From Dehalococcoidia bacterium (lineage in GTDB: Bacteria; Chloroflexota; Dehalococcoidia; UBA2979), in contig JANQNP010000067.1 in the NCBI GenBank assembly GCA_028279505.1, positions 9-64,008 of the forward strand: DNA of 64,000 bases, read 5' to 3'. This document shows, one piece after another, positions 7,864 through 17,400 of the stretch. Position numbers and translations under genes: made by a program. Numbering within the stretch: position 1 is the first letter of the stretch; every line of letters begins with the position of its first letter. Below the pieces are notes generated by a model. That model made no database searches and was not told where the DNA came from. It saw nothing but the letters and a program-made list of their open reading frames with translations.

Positions 7864-7926
7864 ATCACTCCCGCCGCGATCCTCGGTGGCTGCGTTCGCG
7901 CGAGAGCGTACCGGTGAGCGCGGCGG

Positions 7927-9450
7927 TTAGGCAGCCCCGTCGCCGGAGACGCCGGCCTCGGCTCGGTCTTTGGCCTCGGCGGGAGCCGGCTGCTCCGTGG
8001 GCCGTCCGGCCGGTCGGCCACCCGGCGGCCCCATCTGCGGTCGCGGCGTCGGCGGCCGCAGCGACGATGCGATCGCCCCCAGGAGTGACAGGCCGGCCGC
8101 CACCCGGAACGCGACGCGAATGCCATCGAGGAGCGCATCGGGCGGCAGGTCACGCGCGTTCTCGACCGTATCGATCCCCGCCGAGTTTGCCGCCACGTAG
8201 ACCAGCACCGCCCCCGAGATCGCCAGCCCGACCGAGGAGCCGACGTTCCGCCCCGTGGCAAGACTCGCCGCCGCCGTTCCCAGCATCTGCCGCGGCACGC
8301 TCCCCATCACGTCGCTGCTGTTCGGCGACATGAAGATCGCGGCCCCGATCCCGCCGATCGCGAGCCGCGCCATGATCCACGGCGCGGTGGTCTCGGCGTC
8401 GATCGTCGAGAGCGACAGCAACCCGATCGCGACGATCAAGATGCCGATCGTCGTCTGATGCCGGAACTGATAGCGGTCCGAGATCTGCCCGCTGTACGCC
8501 GAGAACATCAGCATCATCGCCGGCACCGTCGCCAGGATCAGACCCGTCTGCACCGTCGAGTACTCGCGCACCTCGATCAGGTAGAACGGCATCAGGAAGA
8601 TGCTCGCCGACTGCCCAAGGAAGCTCAGGATCAGCGCACCCACCGAGATGCTGAACGTCCGCTGAGCGAACAGGCTCAGCGCCAGCACCGGGCTCTGGCT
8701 CCGCGTCTCGATGTTGATGAACGCGATCAGCGACACGACGCTGACCCCGGCCAGCCCGAGGATCGGCGGCGATGCCCAGCCCCACGCCTGACCGCGGTTG
8801 ACCGCGAGCAACGCCGCCGCCAGGAAGACGAACAAGGTGATCGCGCCCGGGATGTCCAGCTTCCCCGCCGGTCGATCTGACTCCGGGTCCCGGATCAACC
8901 ACACCGCCAGCGCGAACGCGACTAGCACGATCGGGATCCGCAGCCAGAACAGCGCCCGCCAGTCGCCGACCCCCAGCAGCACGCCACCGACGATCGGCCC
9001 GGTCATCAGCCCGGCCCCCACCACCGACCCGACGATCCCGAGGGCGCGTCCACGCTCCTCGTCCGGGAACGCCTCGGTGATGATCGCGTTGCCCGTGCCC
9101 AGCGCCCCCGCCAGCCCGATCGCCTGCACCGCGCGGAACGCGATCAGCATCTCGATGTTCTGCGCGACGCTCGCCAGCACCAGCCCGACGCCGAACACCA
9201 GCCACCCAACGAGGTAGATCCGCTTCCGGCCGAACAGGTCACCAGAGCGTCCCGCGGTCAGCGTCAGCCCGGTCGACACCAGTGAGGCGGTCAGCGACGC
9301 CCACACCACCACATCCGGCGGCCGGTCGAACTCATCGGACAGCGTTGGGAGGGCGACGTTGATGATGGAGAAGTCCATCGTCGCCATGAAGGTGCCGAAC
9401 GTGACGGCCAGCAGCGCGCGCCACTTGTACGGCAGGTTGGTGAGCGGCAT
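7927..9450 (-). CDS. MFS transporter (DHA2-like, 14 TMS)
   Basis: LAVTFGTFMATMDFSIINVALPT, GRSGDLFGRKR (motif A), multiple TM helices, Pro/Gly-rich cytoplasmic tail. Confidence 0.9.
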   Translation of the reverse strand: MPLTNLPYKWRALLAVTFGTFMATMDFSIINVALPTLSDEFDRPPDVVVWASLTASLVSTGLTLTAGRSGDLFGRKRIYLVGWLVFGVGLVLASVAQNIEMLIAFRAVQAIGLAGALGTGNAIITEAFPDEERGRALGIVGSVVGAGLMTGPIVGGVLLGVGDWRALFWLRIPIVLVAFALAVWLIRDPESDRPAGKLDIPGAITLFVFLAAALLAVNRGQAWGWASPPILGLAGVSVVSLIAFINIETRSQSPVLALSLFAQRTFSISVGALILSFLGQSASIFLMPFYLIEVREYSTVQTGLILATVPAMMLMFSAYSGQISDRYQFRHQTTIGILIVAIGLLSLSTIDAETTAPWIMARLAIGGIGAAIFMSPNSSDVMGSVPRQMLGTAAASLATGRNVGSSVGLAISGAVLVYVAANSAGIDTVENARDLPPDALLDGIRVAFRVAAGLSLLGAIASSLRPPTPRPQMGPPGGRPAGRPTEQPAPAEAKDRAEAGVSGDGAA

Positions 9451-9512
9451 CGAGCGACTCTACCGCGCACGTGAGCTTCGGTCTGTCCTGGCCTGGCGCC
9501 GGCGTCGGCGTT

Positions 9513-9543
9513 GAGATCGTATAGCGACTTAGTTATACATCTC
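9513..9543. promoter_or_regulatory. Inverted repeat GAGATCGTATA-N10-TATACATCTC ending 3 nt before the ArsR-2 ATG; candidate operator
   Basis: Seen in sequence; the arms are imperfect (one c inserted). Confidence 0.4.
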
Positions 9544-9545
9544 GC

Positions 9546-9851
9546 ATGAACGTTTTCGCGGCGCTCGCCGATCCAACTCGCGCCGAGATCGTGGACCGGC
9601 TCGCCGGTGGGCCGCTGACAGCCACCGAGGTCGTCGACCAGTTCGAGATCTCGCAACCGGCAATCTCGCGGCACCTGCGCGTCCTGCGAGAGGCCGGCCT
9701 CGTCACGGTCCAGCCGGCCGGACGCCAGCGCATCTACCACCTCGACCCGGCGCCGCTGCGCGACATCGACGGCTGGCTCGACCGCTACCGCCGCTTCTGG
9801 AGCGGACGCCTCGACGCCCTCGAGGACTTCATGGATCAGGAACCAGCATGA
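9546..9851 (+). CDS. ArsR/SmtB-family transcriptional regulator, cassette 2
   Basis: FAALADPTRAEIVDRL...VVDQFEISQPAISRHLRVLREAGLV; stop overlaps the next start (ATGA). Confidence 0.85.
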   Translation: MNVFAALADPTRAEIVDRLAGGPLTATEVVDQFEISQPAISRHLRVLREAGLVTVQPAGRQRIYHLDPAPLRDIDGWLDRYRRFWSGRLDALEDFMDQEPA

Positions 9852-10372
9852 CGACCTTCCCGAATCTCGACCCCGCGGTCCTCGGCGAGATCAGCCGCGG
9901 CTACAACATCCACTACGAGCGCCGCTCCAAGCACCCGCCCGCCCGCGTCTGGCGCGCGATCACCACGCCCGAGGAAATCGAACGCTGGGTCACGTTCCCG
10001 GCCCGCGTCGACCTTCGCATCGGCGGCGACTACTTCATCGACTTCCAGGGCAACTCGCCCGACAACATCGACGGCGTGATCGTCAGACTCGAGGCCGAGC
10101 GACGCCTCGCCTTCGTCTGGGGCCTCTCCGTCCTCGAGTGGACGATCGAACCCGCCGAGGGCGGCGGGAGCCGTTACACCTTCATCCACCACGGCATGCC
10201 CGTGCGCGGTCGCCCGGACGAGGAAGGCGTCGCCGCCGGGTGGCACACCTCCCTCGACCGCTTCGACCTGCTGCTGGAGGACGAACCGATCCCGACGTTC
10301 GACGACGCCGGGTGGCGCACGTTGTCAGCCGAGTACCGCGCCCGCATCGAGGCAGCGATCGGCGCCGTCTAG
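9848..10372 (+). CDS. SRPBCC / Aha1-domain protein, cassette 2
   Basis: PARVWRAITTPEEIERWV..., AAGWHTSLDRF; paralogue of 45..671 and 20331..20834. Confidence 0.8.
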   Translation: MTTFPNLDPAVLGEISRGYNIHYERRSKHPPARVWRAITTPEEIERWVTFPARVDLRIGGDYFIDFQGNSPDNIDGVIVRLEAERRLAFVWGLSVLEWTIEPAEGGGSRYTFIHHGMPVRGRPDEEGVAAGWHTSLDRFDLLLEDEPIPTFDDAGWRTLSAEYRARIEAAIGAV

Positions 10373-10450
10373 CCGCGTACCGGCCGCGCTCGCCCAACGC
10401 CTACAATCAGCGCCCACCTTCCGAGGGCTGCGCGGATTCGAGGCGAACCG

Positions 10451-10996
10451 ATGGCGACACAGGCACAGGTCCAAGAGTTGATCGCAAAGATGTCCGAGGA
10501 GCGCGCCGCCCTGCTCGAGGCCGTCGCGAACGTCGAGGAAGCCGAGGCCGACGTCCGGCCGCCCGAGGGCGAGGGCGAAGCCGGCTGGTCCGTGAAGGAG
10601 CAGCTCTCCCACCTCGCCGAGATGGAGACCTCCTACCGCGCCTGGGTGGAGCGCGCCCTCGTCGAGGACCGGCCCGACGTCACCGAGGGCACCACCTCCG
10701 ACCCCGTCGCCGTGCCGCACGACGAGGCCCACTCCGCCGACCTCGCCACCCACCTCGCCGAACTCGCGAAGCAGCGCGAACGAACGCTCGAGGTGATCGC
10801 CACCATCCCCCTCGACGGCTACGAGCGCACCGCCTCCACCCGCATCTTCGGCGAGCTGACCGTGCTTCAATGGCTGCGGTCCTACTACCGGCACGACCGC
10901 ATGCATGCCGCGCAGATCCAGGGCCGCCAGTCCGACTACGTCCCGCGCTGGGCCGAGGGTCAGGGCGAACCGCAACGCGCCACCAAGATCGACTGA
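10451..10996 (+). CDS. DinB/YfiT-like four-helix-bundle family protein (DinB_2)
   Basis: WSVKEQLSHLAEMETSY...LQWLRSYYRHDRMHAAQI resembles the DinB_2 metal-binding His pattern. Confidence 0.55.
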   Translation: MATQAQVQELIAKMSEERAALLEAVANVEEAEADVRPPEGEGEAGWSVKEQLSHLAEMETSYRAWVERALVEDRPDVTEGTTSDPVAVPHDEAHSADLATHLAELAKQRERTLEVIATIPLDGYERTASTRIFGELTVLQWLRSYYRHDRMHAAQIQGRQSDYVPRWAEGQGEPQRATKID

Positions 10997-11016
10997 TCGA
11001 GCGAGTCGAGGACACG

Positions 11017-11337
11017 ATGCTCAAGACCACCGCCGACACATTCCCCGACCGCGAAATCGAAGAGACGATCGGCCTTGTGATCGCCAACGCGGTCCGCGCC
11101 CGCAACATCGGCCGCGACATCACCGCCGGCCTGCGGAACCTCGTCGGCGGCGAGATCGGCGCCTACCAGCAGCTCCTCGTCGAATCGCGGGCGGAGGCGC
11201 TCAGCCGCCTTGAGGAACAGGCAGCCGAACAAGGCGCCGACGCGATCGTCGCCCTCCGCGTCTCCACCGCCAGCGTCATGTCCGGGGCTGCCGAGGTGCT
11301 CGTCTACGGCACCGCCGTCAAGCTGCGGGCGCAGTAA
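11017..11337 (+). CDS. YbjQ-family (UPF0145) protein
   Basis: MLKTTADTFPDREIEETIGLV...GADAIVALRV is typical of YbjQ/DUF74. Confidence 0.8.
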   Translation: MLKTTADTFPDREIEETIGLVIANAVRARNIGRDITAGLRNLVGGEIGAYQQLLVESRAEALSRLEEQAAEQGADAIVALRVSTASVMSGAAEVLVYGTAVKLRAQ

Positions 11338-11340
11338 CCG

Positions 11341-12525
11341 ATGACCAAGGAACCGCCCACCGGCTCGCTCCCCGGCGCCCTCGACGGCGTCCGCGTCATC
11401 AACGCTGGCCAGATCATCGCCGGCCCCTTCACTGCCACGCTCCTCGCCGAGTTCGGCGCAGACGTGATCAAGGTCGAGTCACCCGAGAACCCGGCCGTCC
11501 GCACCGTCCAGTTCGCACAGGACCACCGCGGCCAGCGCGGCGTCACGATCAACCTCCGCCATCCCGAGGGCAAGGCGCTCTTCCAGAAGCTCGCCTCCAC
11601 CGCCGACATCCTCGTCGAGAACTTCCGCCCGGGCGCCCTCGAACGGCTCGGCCTCTCGCCGGACGAGCTCCGCGACGAGAACCCCGGCCTGATCGCCATC
11701 CGCATCTCCGGCTACGGTCAGACCGGTCCCTACCGCGATCGCACCGGCTTCGACCGCGTCGCCCTCGGCTTCTCCGGCATGACCTACGTGACCGGCGACG
11801 AGGATCGCCCACCCGTCCGCCCCGGCTACTTCGTCGCCGACTACGGCACCGGCATCTTCGCCGCCTACGGCGCCGTCCTCGCGCTCCGCGCCCGCGAGAC
11901 CACCGGCCGAGGACAGGACATCGACCTCGGACTCTTCGAAGCGCCATGGAGGATGTCCGGCACCCACCTCCCGAACTACGGCCTCAGCGGAGAGAATCGC
12001 GAGCGCGCCGGCAACTACTACCCCGGCGTCGTCCCTGCCGAGCAGTTCGAGACGAGCGACGGCCACCACCTGATCATCAACGCCACCACCCAGCGCCCCT
12101 TCGAGCGCCTCTGCGAGGCGATGGGCCAGCCCGAGCTGATCACCGACCCCCGCTTCACCCCGCGCGAGGCGCTCGTCGCGAACGCCCACGCGATCCACGA
12201 CATCATCCGCCCCTGGGTCGCCAAACGAACCCTCGAGGAGAACCTCAAGATCCTCGACGAGGCCGCGGTCCCCTGTACCAAGGTCTACGCCACCAGCGAC
12301 ATCGTCGCCGACCCCCACTACGAGGCCCGCGACCAGGTCCTCACCGTCGACTCGCCGATGGGCGAGCAGCTCCTCCAGCCCGGCATCGTCCCGCGCCTCA
12401 CCGAGACCCCCGGCGGCATCCCCCGCCGCGCCCCCAAGCCGGGCGAGCACAACGCCGAGGTCTTCACGGAACTCGGCTGCTCACCCGAGGACATCGAGGC
12501 CCTCCGCACCGCCGGCGCGATCTAG
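11341..12525 (+). CDS. Family III CoA transferase (CaiB/BaiF)
   Basis: GVRVINAGQIIAGPFTATLLAEFGADVIKVE, RPGALERLGL. Confidence 0.9.
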   Translation: MTKEPPTGSLPGALDGVRVINAGQIIAGPFTATLLAEFGADVIKVESPENPAVRTVQFAQDHRGQRGVTINLRHPEGKALFQKLASTADILVENFRPGALERLGLSPDELRDENPGLIAIRISGYGQTGPYRDRTGFDRVALGFSGMTYVTGDEDRPPVRPGYFVADYGTGIFAAYGAVLALRARETTGRGQDIDLGLFEAPWRMSGTHLPNYGLSGENRERAGNYYPGVVPAEQFETSDGHHLIINATTQRPFERLCEAMGQPELITDPRFTPREALVANAHAIHDIIRPWVAKRTLEENLKILDEAAVPCTKVYATSDIVADPHYEARDQVLTVDSPMGEQLLQPGIVPRLTETPGGIPRRAPKPGEHNAEVFTELGCSPEDIEALRTAGAI

Positions 12526-12597
12526 CCCGCCCCGTCGGGCAATCCCTACTGCTGGCACCTCTTCGAAGCGTCGACCATCACTCGGATCACTGCGCCC

Positions 12598-14001
12598 GTG
12601 GGGCGCCGGACCGAGGTGCCCTCGATGCTCGGCTCACGCCACCACTCGTTCGAGACACTCGCGATCGCACTCGTCGCGCTGATCGCGCTCGCCGCATGCT
12701 CGCCCTCCAACTCCGCCGACGACGGCACCTTCTCACCCACCATCGCGGGCGACGCCCCTGCTGGCCTCGAAGTCTCGATCCCCCTCAACGCCCTCCCCGA
12801 TGGCGTCGCCCCCGAGGACATCGAGATCACCTCGCTGCCAATCGAGACGTCCGAGGAGCGCGAGACGACCAGCGCGGGGCCGCCGGAGTTCGCGCTGAGC
12901 TTCTCGCCGGATGGCCTCAAGCTGGACGAGCCGATCACGGTCTCGGTGCCCGTGGACATCAATCAGCCCGCGGCGTTGCTGGCGCTCCACCAGTCAGGCG
13001 ACAGCTTCGAGTCTCCGGAGATCACGGTGGTCGAGTCCGACGGCGGCTTCAGCGCGCAGATGACGATCGAGCACTTCAGCACGCTGGTGTTCATCTCGCC
13101 CGGCAGCCTCTCGCTGATGACCGCGTTCGAGAACAGCGCGGAGGCGTCTGTAACTCCAAGGGCCGCTCAGGCGCTGGTCGGAGACGAGCTCCTGGTCGAC
13201 CTGAACGTGACCGCACCGAGCGCCGAACCTGTCACGACCCGCGGCTGGTTCTACGTCTTCGATCTCGAGCCGCGACCGGACCACCCTGAGACGGCGGCTC
13301 CCCCCGGGGCCCAGATCGGCACGACGCACGACCAACCGGTCGTAGTGGAGGTCCTGGTCCCCGCCGGTCGGCGCCACACGCTCCTGTTCCTCGAGCTGAA
13401 GGCGAGCGGACCGGTCTCACCGGAGCGCGACACCGTGAGTCGCCGTATATCGCTCGCGTCGAGCGAGACCTGGACGCCGGAAGACCCGGTCGTCTTCACG
13501 TGCGAAGACCTCGGTGAGGTCGCGTTCGAGTTCAGTGCGCTCGGTCGGGTGAGCGCGCTCGCGACTGTCACCTCGGCCGCCGACAGTCGCGTCGAGGGGC
13601 TCGATGCCAACATCCTGGTCCTCTACTCGGTCCGGCGCGATGCTTCTGGGCCCGACGCGGAGTGCGTCACCAGCATCGCGACCCCAGCGCCGACCCCGAC
13701 GCCGGTGAGCGCGCCCACGGTCACGCTGACGGCGTTGTTCATCGGCAACGCGCACTACCCGGTCGAGCAGTTCTATACCGCGCTCCCGTTGGACGACGCG
13801 TGCGACTTCACTCACTGGCACGCAGCCGGCCCGGTCTTCTCCATCGAGGGTACGCGCGACGATCCGACCGGTGGCACGTCGATCGAGGACGAGGACCCGG
13901 ATGGCTGTGGGTTCGGCACGGTCACGGCTGTGCCATCGTTCGAGATCGACGTCCTCGAAACCGAGTTCAGGAACTACCGCGACATCATGGCCGGCTCGTA
14001 G
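12598..14001 (+). CDS. Secreted lipoprotein of unknown function (alternative start 12625)
   Basis: Lipobox LIALAACS; Pro/Thr linker; C-terminal Cys motif DPDGCGFGTV shared with the 52033..54102 protein. Confidence 0.6.
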   Translation: MGRRTEVPSMLGSRHHSFETLAIALVALIALAACSPSNSADDGTFSPTIAGDAPAGLEVSIPLNALPDGVAPEDIEITSLPIETSEERETTSAGPPEFALSFSPDGLKLDEPITVSVPVDINQPAALLALHQSGDSFESPEITVVESDGGFSAQMTIEHFSTLVFISPGSLSLMTAFENSAEASVTPRAAQALVGDELLVDLNVTAPSAEPVTTRGWFYVFDLEPRPDHPETAAPPGAQIGTTHDQPVVVEVLVPAGRRHTLLFLELKASGPVSPERDTVSRRISLASSETWTPEDPVVFTCEDLGEVAFEFSALGRVSALATVTSAADSRVEGLDANILVLYSVRRDASGPDAECVTSIATPAPTPTPVSAPTVTLTALFIGNAHYPVEQFYTALPLDDACDFTHWHAAGPVFSIEGTRDDPTGGTSIEDEDPDGCGFGTVTAVPSFEIDVLETEFRNYRDIMAGS

Positions 14002-14085
14002 CCAGGCGCACGCTCCGGGCTTGACCCGCCCTCCCCGGGTCTCCAGCATGACCGCGCAGCCGCGCGTCATTCCTGGAGGCCACCG

Positions 14086-15228
14086 ATGGCATCCCTCTCC
14101 AACCGCATCACCGACATGCTGGACATCGAGTACCCGATCATCCTCGCGGGGATGTCGCCCGTCGCCGAATGGGAGATCGCGGCCGCGGTTTCCGAGGCAG
14201 GCGGGTTGGGCGTCCTCGGCGCCGCCGGCATGACCCCCGACGAGATCTCCGAGAGCGTCCGCAAGATCCGCGACTACACCAGCAAGCCCTTCGGCGTCGA
14301 CATCCTGCTGCCCAACGCCACCGCATCGCTCGCCGACCTCGCGCGTGAGTCGCGCGACGGCGGCGACCCAAACGCGAAGCCGGAGCTGCCGCAGGAGTAC
14401 GTCCAGTTCCAGCAGCGCGTCTACGAGGCGTTCGACCTCGCGGACCCTGGCCCGGCCGACCCGCCCAAGGACGAGGCCTGGCAACGCCTGAGCACCGCCG
14501 AGCGCCAGAACGCCCAAGTGCAGCAGATCATCGATGACGACGTCCCAGTCTTCGCCAGCGGCCTCGGCAATCCGGCGCAGTACGTCGACGCCTTCCACAA
14601 CAACGGCACCAAGGTGATCGGCCTCGTCGGCAATGTGAAAAACGCCCGCCGCATCCGCGACGGCGGCGCCGACGTCGTCGTCGCGCAGGGCACCGAGGCC
14701 GGCGGCCACACCGGCCGCATCGGCACCATGGCCCTCGTCCCCCAGGTCGTCGACGCCGTCTCGCCCCTCCCGGTCGTCGCCGCCGGCGGCATCGCCGACG
14801 GCCGAGGGCTCGCCGCCGCCCTCGCTCTCGGCGCCGAAGGCGTCTGGTGCGGCACCGTCTTCCTCGCGACGAAGGAGGCCCACCTCGATCAGGAGCTCAA
14901 GGAGCGCGTAATCGACGCCGTCGACGAGGACACGATCATCACGCGCCTCTACAGCGGAAAGACGATGCGCAACATCAAGAACCCGCTGATCGACCTCTGG
15001 GAGCAGAGCGACATGCACGCCCTCCCGATGGGCGCGCAGGGCGCCGTCGCCGAGCCGACCCAACGCGCCGCCCGCAAGGCCGGCCGGATCGACCTGATCC
15101 GCAACGCCGGCGGACAGGCCGCCGGCCTCGTCACCGAGCAGCTGAGCGCCCAGGACGTGGTCAAGGCCATGGCCGCCCAGGCCGAGGAGGTGCTCGATCG
15201 CATCCCCTCCGGCGCCCTGACCAGCTAG
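14086..15228 (+). CDS. Nitronate monooxygenase / NAD(P)H-dependent flavin oxidoreductase (NMO family)
   Basis: DIEYPIILAGMSPVAEWEIAAAVSEAGGLGVLG, GGIADGRGLAAALALGAEGVWCGT. Confidence 0.85.
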   Translation: MASLSNRITDMLDIEYPIILAGMSPVAEWEIAAAVSEAGGLGVLGAAGMTPDEISESVRKIRDYTSKPFGVDILLPNATASLADLARESRDGGDPNAKPELPQEYVQFQQRVYEAFDLADPGPADPPKDEAWQRLSTAERQNAQVQQIIDDDVPVFASGLGNPAQYVDAFHNNGTKVIGLVGNVKNARRIRDGGADVVVAQGTEAGGHTGRIGTMALVPQVVDAVSPLPVVAAGGIADGRGLAAALALGAEGVWCGTVFLATKEAHLDQELKERVIDAVDEDTIITRLYSGKTMRNIKNPLIDLWEQSDMHALPMGAQGAVAEPTQRAARKAGRIDLIRNAGGQAAGLVTEQLSAQDVVKAMAAQAEEVLDRIPSGALTS

Positions 15229-15263
15229 CATCGAGGCAAGATCGACACTATCGAGGAGCCCAC

Positions 15264-16118
15264 ATGACGACCGAGACCGCGCCGGCCGAAGCGGCCACGC
15301 CTACATCGACACTCACCACCGTTGACACCGGGACCGACCAGCTCCTCGCCGAGCGCGACGGCGCGGTGCTGATCCTGACGTTCAACCGCCCCGACCGCAT
15401 GAACGCGATCAGCACCGAGATGCTCGGCGCACTCAGCCGGACGCTCGTCGCCGCGAACAAGGACCCCGAGGTCCGCGCCGTCATCCTCACCGGCAACGGC
15501 CGCGGCTTCTGTGCCGGTCTCGACCTCGTCGACAGTGGCCCCGGCGCCCGCGAGGCCGCCGGCAAGCAGGTCCAGACCCTCTTCGACCTCCACGACTCGC
15601 CGCCCACGGTCCTCTGGAACATGGACAAGCCGGTCATCTGCGCGCTCAATGGCGCAGCCGCCGGCTACGGGATGGACCTCGCGCTCCTCTGCGACATCCG
15701 CATCGCCGGTGAGAGCGGCCGCATGGCCGCCGTCACCGCGAAGCGCAACCTGCTCCCGGAGAGCGGCGGCACCTGGCTGCTGCCCCGCCTGATCGGCTGG
15801 GGCAAGTCCGCCGAGCTGTTCTTCCGCGGCCGCGTCGTCGGCGCCGAGGAGTGCAAGGAGCTCGGCATCGTCAACGAAGTCGTCCCGGACGAAGACCTCC
15901 TCGACACCGCCCGCCAGTGGGCGCAGGAGATCGCCGTCAACGCGCCGATGGCCGTGCAGGCCACCAAGCGCATGATGCGCCAGGGCATGAACGAGACCTA
16001 CGAGACCACGGTCGACCACCTGCTGGTTCACCTCCGCGTCCTCTTCGGCATGGACGACTTCAAGGAGGGCGTCAGCGCCTTCATGGAGCGCCGCGATCCG
16101 GAGTTCACCGGCCGCTAG
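15264..16118 (+). CDS. Enoyl-CoA hydratase/isomerase (crotonase fold)
   Basis: LILTFNRPDRMNAIS, TGNGRGFCAGLDL, ALNGAAAGYGMDLALLCDIRIA. Confidence 0.9.
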   Translation: MTTETAPAEAATPTSTLTTVDTGTDQLLAERDGAVLILTFNRPDRMNAISTEMLGALSRTLVAANKDPEVRAVILTGNGRGFCAGLDLVDSGPGAREAAGKQVQTLFDLHDSPPTVLWNMDKPVICALNGAAAGYGMDLALLCDIRIAGESGRMAAVTAKRNLLPESGGTWLLPRLIGWGKSAELFFRGRVVGAEECKELGIVNEVVPDEDLLDTARQWAQEIAVNAPMAVQATKRMMRQGMNETYETTVDHLLVHLRVLFGMDDFKEGVSAFMERRDPEFTGR

Positions 16119-16142
16119 CACAACCCGCAGCGCGAGACCGGC

Positions 16143-16175
16143 AAGGCCGCGTCCGCAGGGCGCGGCCTTTCTGCT
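16143..16175 (+). terminator. Rho-independent-type terminator hairpin after the enoyl-CoA hydratase gene
   Basis: AAGGCCGCG-tccgcaggg-CGCGGCCTT followed by TTCTGCT, 25 nt after the TAG stop. Confidence 0.5.
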
Positions 16176-16281
16176 AGGCAAGCCCGGGCAACGGGGATCA
16201 CTGAGGGTACGGTTATGTCGATGCTCACATTGGTCCGTTCGGCCGCCGAGCGATCGCAGAGGACGTGAGTCGAAACTGGCG

Positions 16282-17394
16282 ATGACCAACCCGATCCACG
16301 CCGTCGTCCTGGACGCGAACCAGTCATGGGTGGAGTCGCTGTTCGTCGCGATGTCCCGGACGGCCCGCGTCCAGCTGCTCCGAGTCGAGAGCCCGCCCGA
16401 GGTACTGAAACGACTGAGCGGGCGCGCCCGCCCCGCTCCGCGCGGCCTCGAGACCCGGTCCATCGCCGTCCCCGGCCTTCGCCGCTTCACCTCGCTCTCA
16501 CAACGCCGGGTGAGCCAGGCGCTTCGCCGAGTCGCGAACACCGCCCCGATCGATCTGCTGGTCTGCACCAGCCCGTGGCACGCCCCGGCTATCGAGGAGA
16601 CGCTCGCGGCGCTCAAGATCTACTACGCCACCGATCCCTTCCAGTACTTCGCCTGGCCACGCGAACGAACGCGCGACCTCGAGGATCGCGCGCTCGCGGC
16701 CAGCGACCTCGTAGTCGCCACCTCGGTCCAGCTCGCCGACGACCTCCGAGGGCGCGTCGATGTCCCCGTCGAGCACCTGCCGAACGCCGTGTCGCAGTCG
16801 TTCCTCGACGCGCTCGACCGCTCGCTCCCCCGCCCGACCGAGCTGGCCAGCGTCAAAGGCCCGATCATCGGCGTGATCGGCCAGATCAACGACTCCTACG
16901 ACTGGGACCTCGTCGACGCGCTCAGCCGCGACCTGCCCGACGTCACTACCGTCTTTGTTGGCCCGGTGATGCGAAGCGAGACCGCAAGCGATCGGTTCGA
17001 GCAGCTCGCGACCCGACCGAACGTGCTCTGGGTCGGCCCGCAGCCGCACGCCTCCCTGCCGCGGTACCTCGCGGCCTTCGACGTCTGCCTCAACCCACTG
17101 AGGAAGGACCCGCGAAACGACCGCCGCAGCCCACTCCGTCTCTTCGACTACTGCGCCACCCGCGCCCCGATCGCCTCCACCCCGATCCGCGAAGCCGAGA
17201 CGTTCGGCGACCAGCTCACCGTGATCGAAGCTCCCGAGGACGCCGCACCCGTGGTCCGCGCGCTCCTCGACGCCCCCGCGATCGACGTCGCCGCGCGGCA
17301 AGCGTGGGCGCAACGCAACACCTGGGAGGCCCGCGCCGACGCCTGGCTGCGACTCGTCGAGGAGCGGCTCGGCCGCAGCGACCCCACGCCCTAG
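16282..17394 (+). CDS. Glycosyltransferase (GT1/GT4-like)
   Basis: The C-terminal region resembles the GT-B nucleotide-sugar-binding half (FDVCLNPLR...PIREAETFG). The family assignment is tentative. Confidence 0.55.
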   Translation: MTNPIHAVVLDANQSWVESLFVAMSRTARVQLLRVESPPEVLKRLSGRARPAPRGLETRSIAVPGLRRFTSLSQRRVSQALRRVANTAPIDLLVCTSPWHAPAIEETLAALKIYYATDPFQYFAWPRERTRDLEDRALAASDLVVATSVQLADDLRGRVDVPVEHLPNAVSQSFLDALDRSLPRPTELASVKGPIIGVIGQINDSYDWDLVDALSRDLPDVTTVFVGPVMRSETASDRFEQLATRPNVLWVGPQPHASLPRYLAAFDVCLNPLRKDPRNDRRSPLRLFDYCATRAPIASTPIREAETFGDQLTVIEAPEDAAPVVRALLDAPAIDVAARQAWAQRNTWEARADAWLRLVEERLGRSDPTP

Positions 17395-17400
17395 GGCGTG

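Noticed and set aside
5878-7917. 679 aa + strand ORF (and similar long ORFs such as 27295..29268, 13417..15231, 34439..36250, 16326..17984, 3042..4304, 10138..11337 N-terminal part)
   Set aside because: Arg/Pro/Ala/His-rich low-complexity translations that lie antisense to, or out of frame with, well-supported genes. These are typical shadow ORFs of 70% GC DNA. Only the C-terminal in-frame segments of some of them (YbjQ, enoyl-CoA hydratases, esterase, LPLAT, LPG-synthase-like) are real and were annotated separately.
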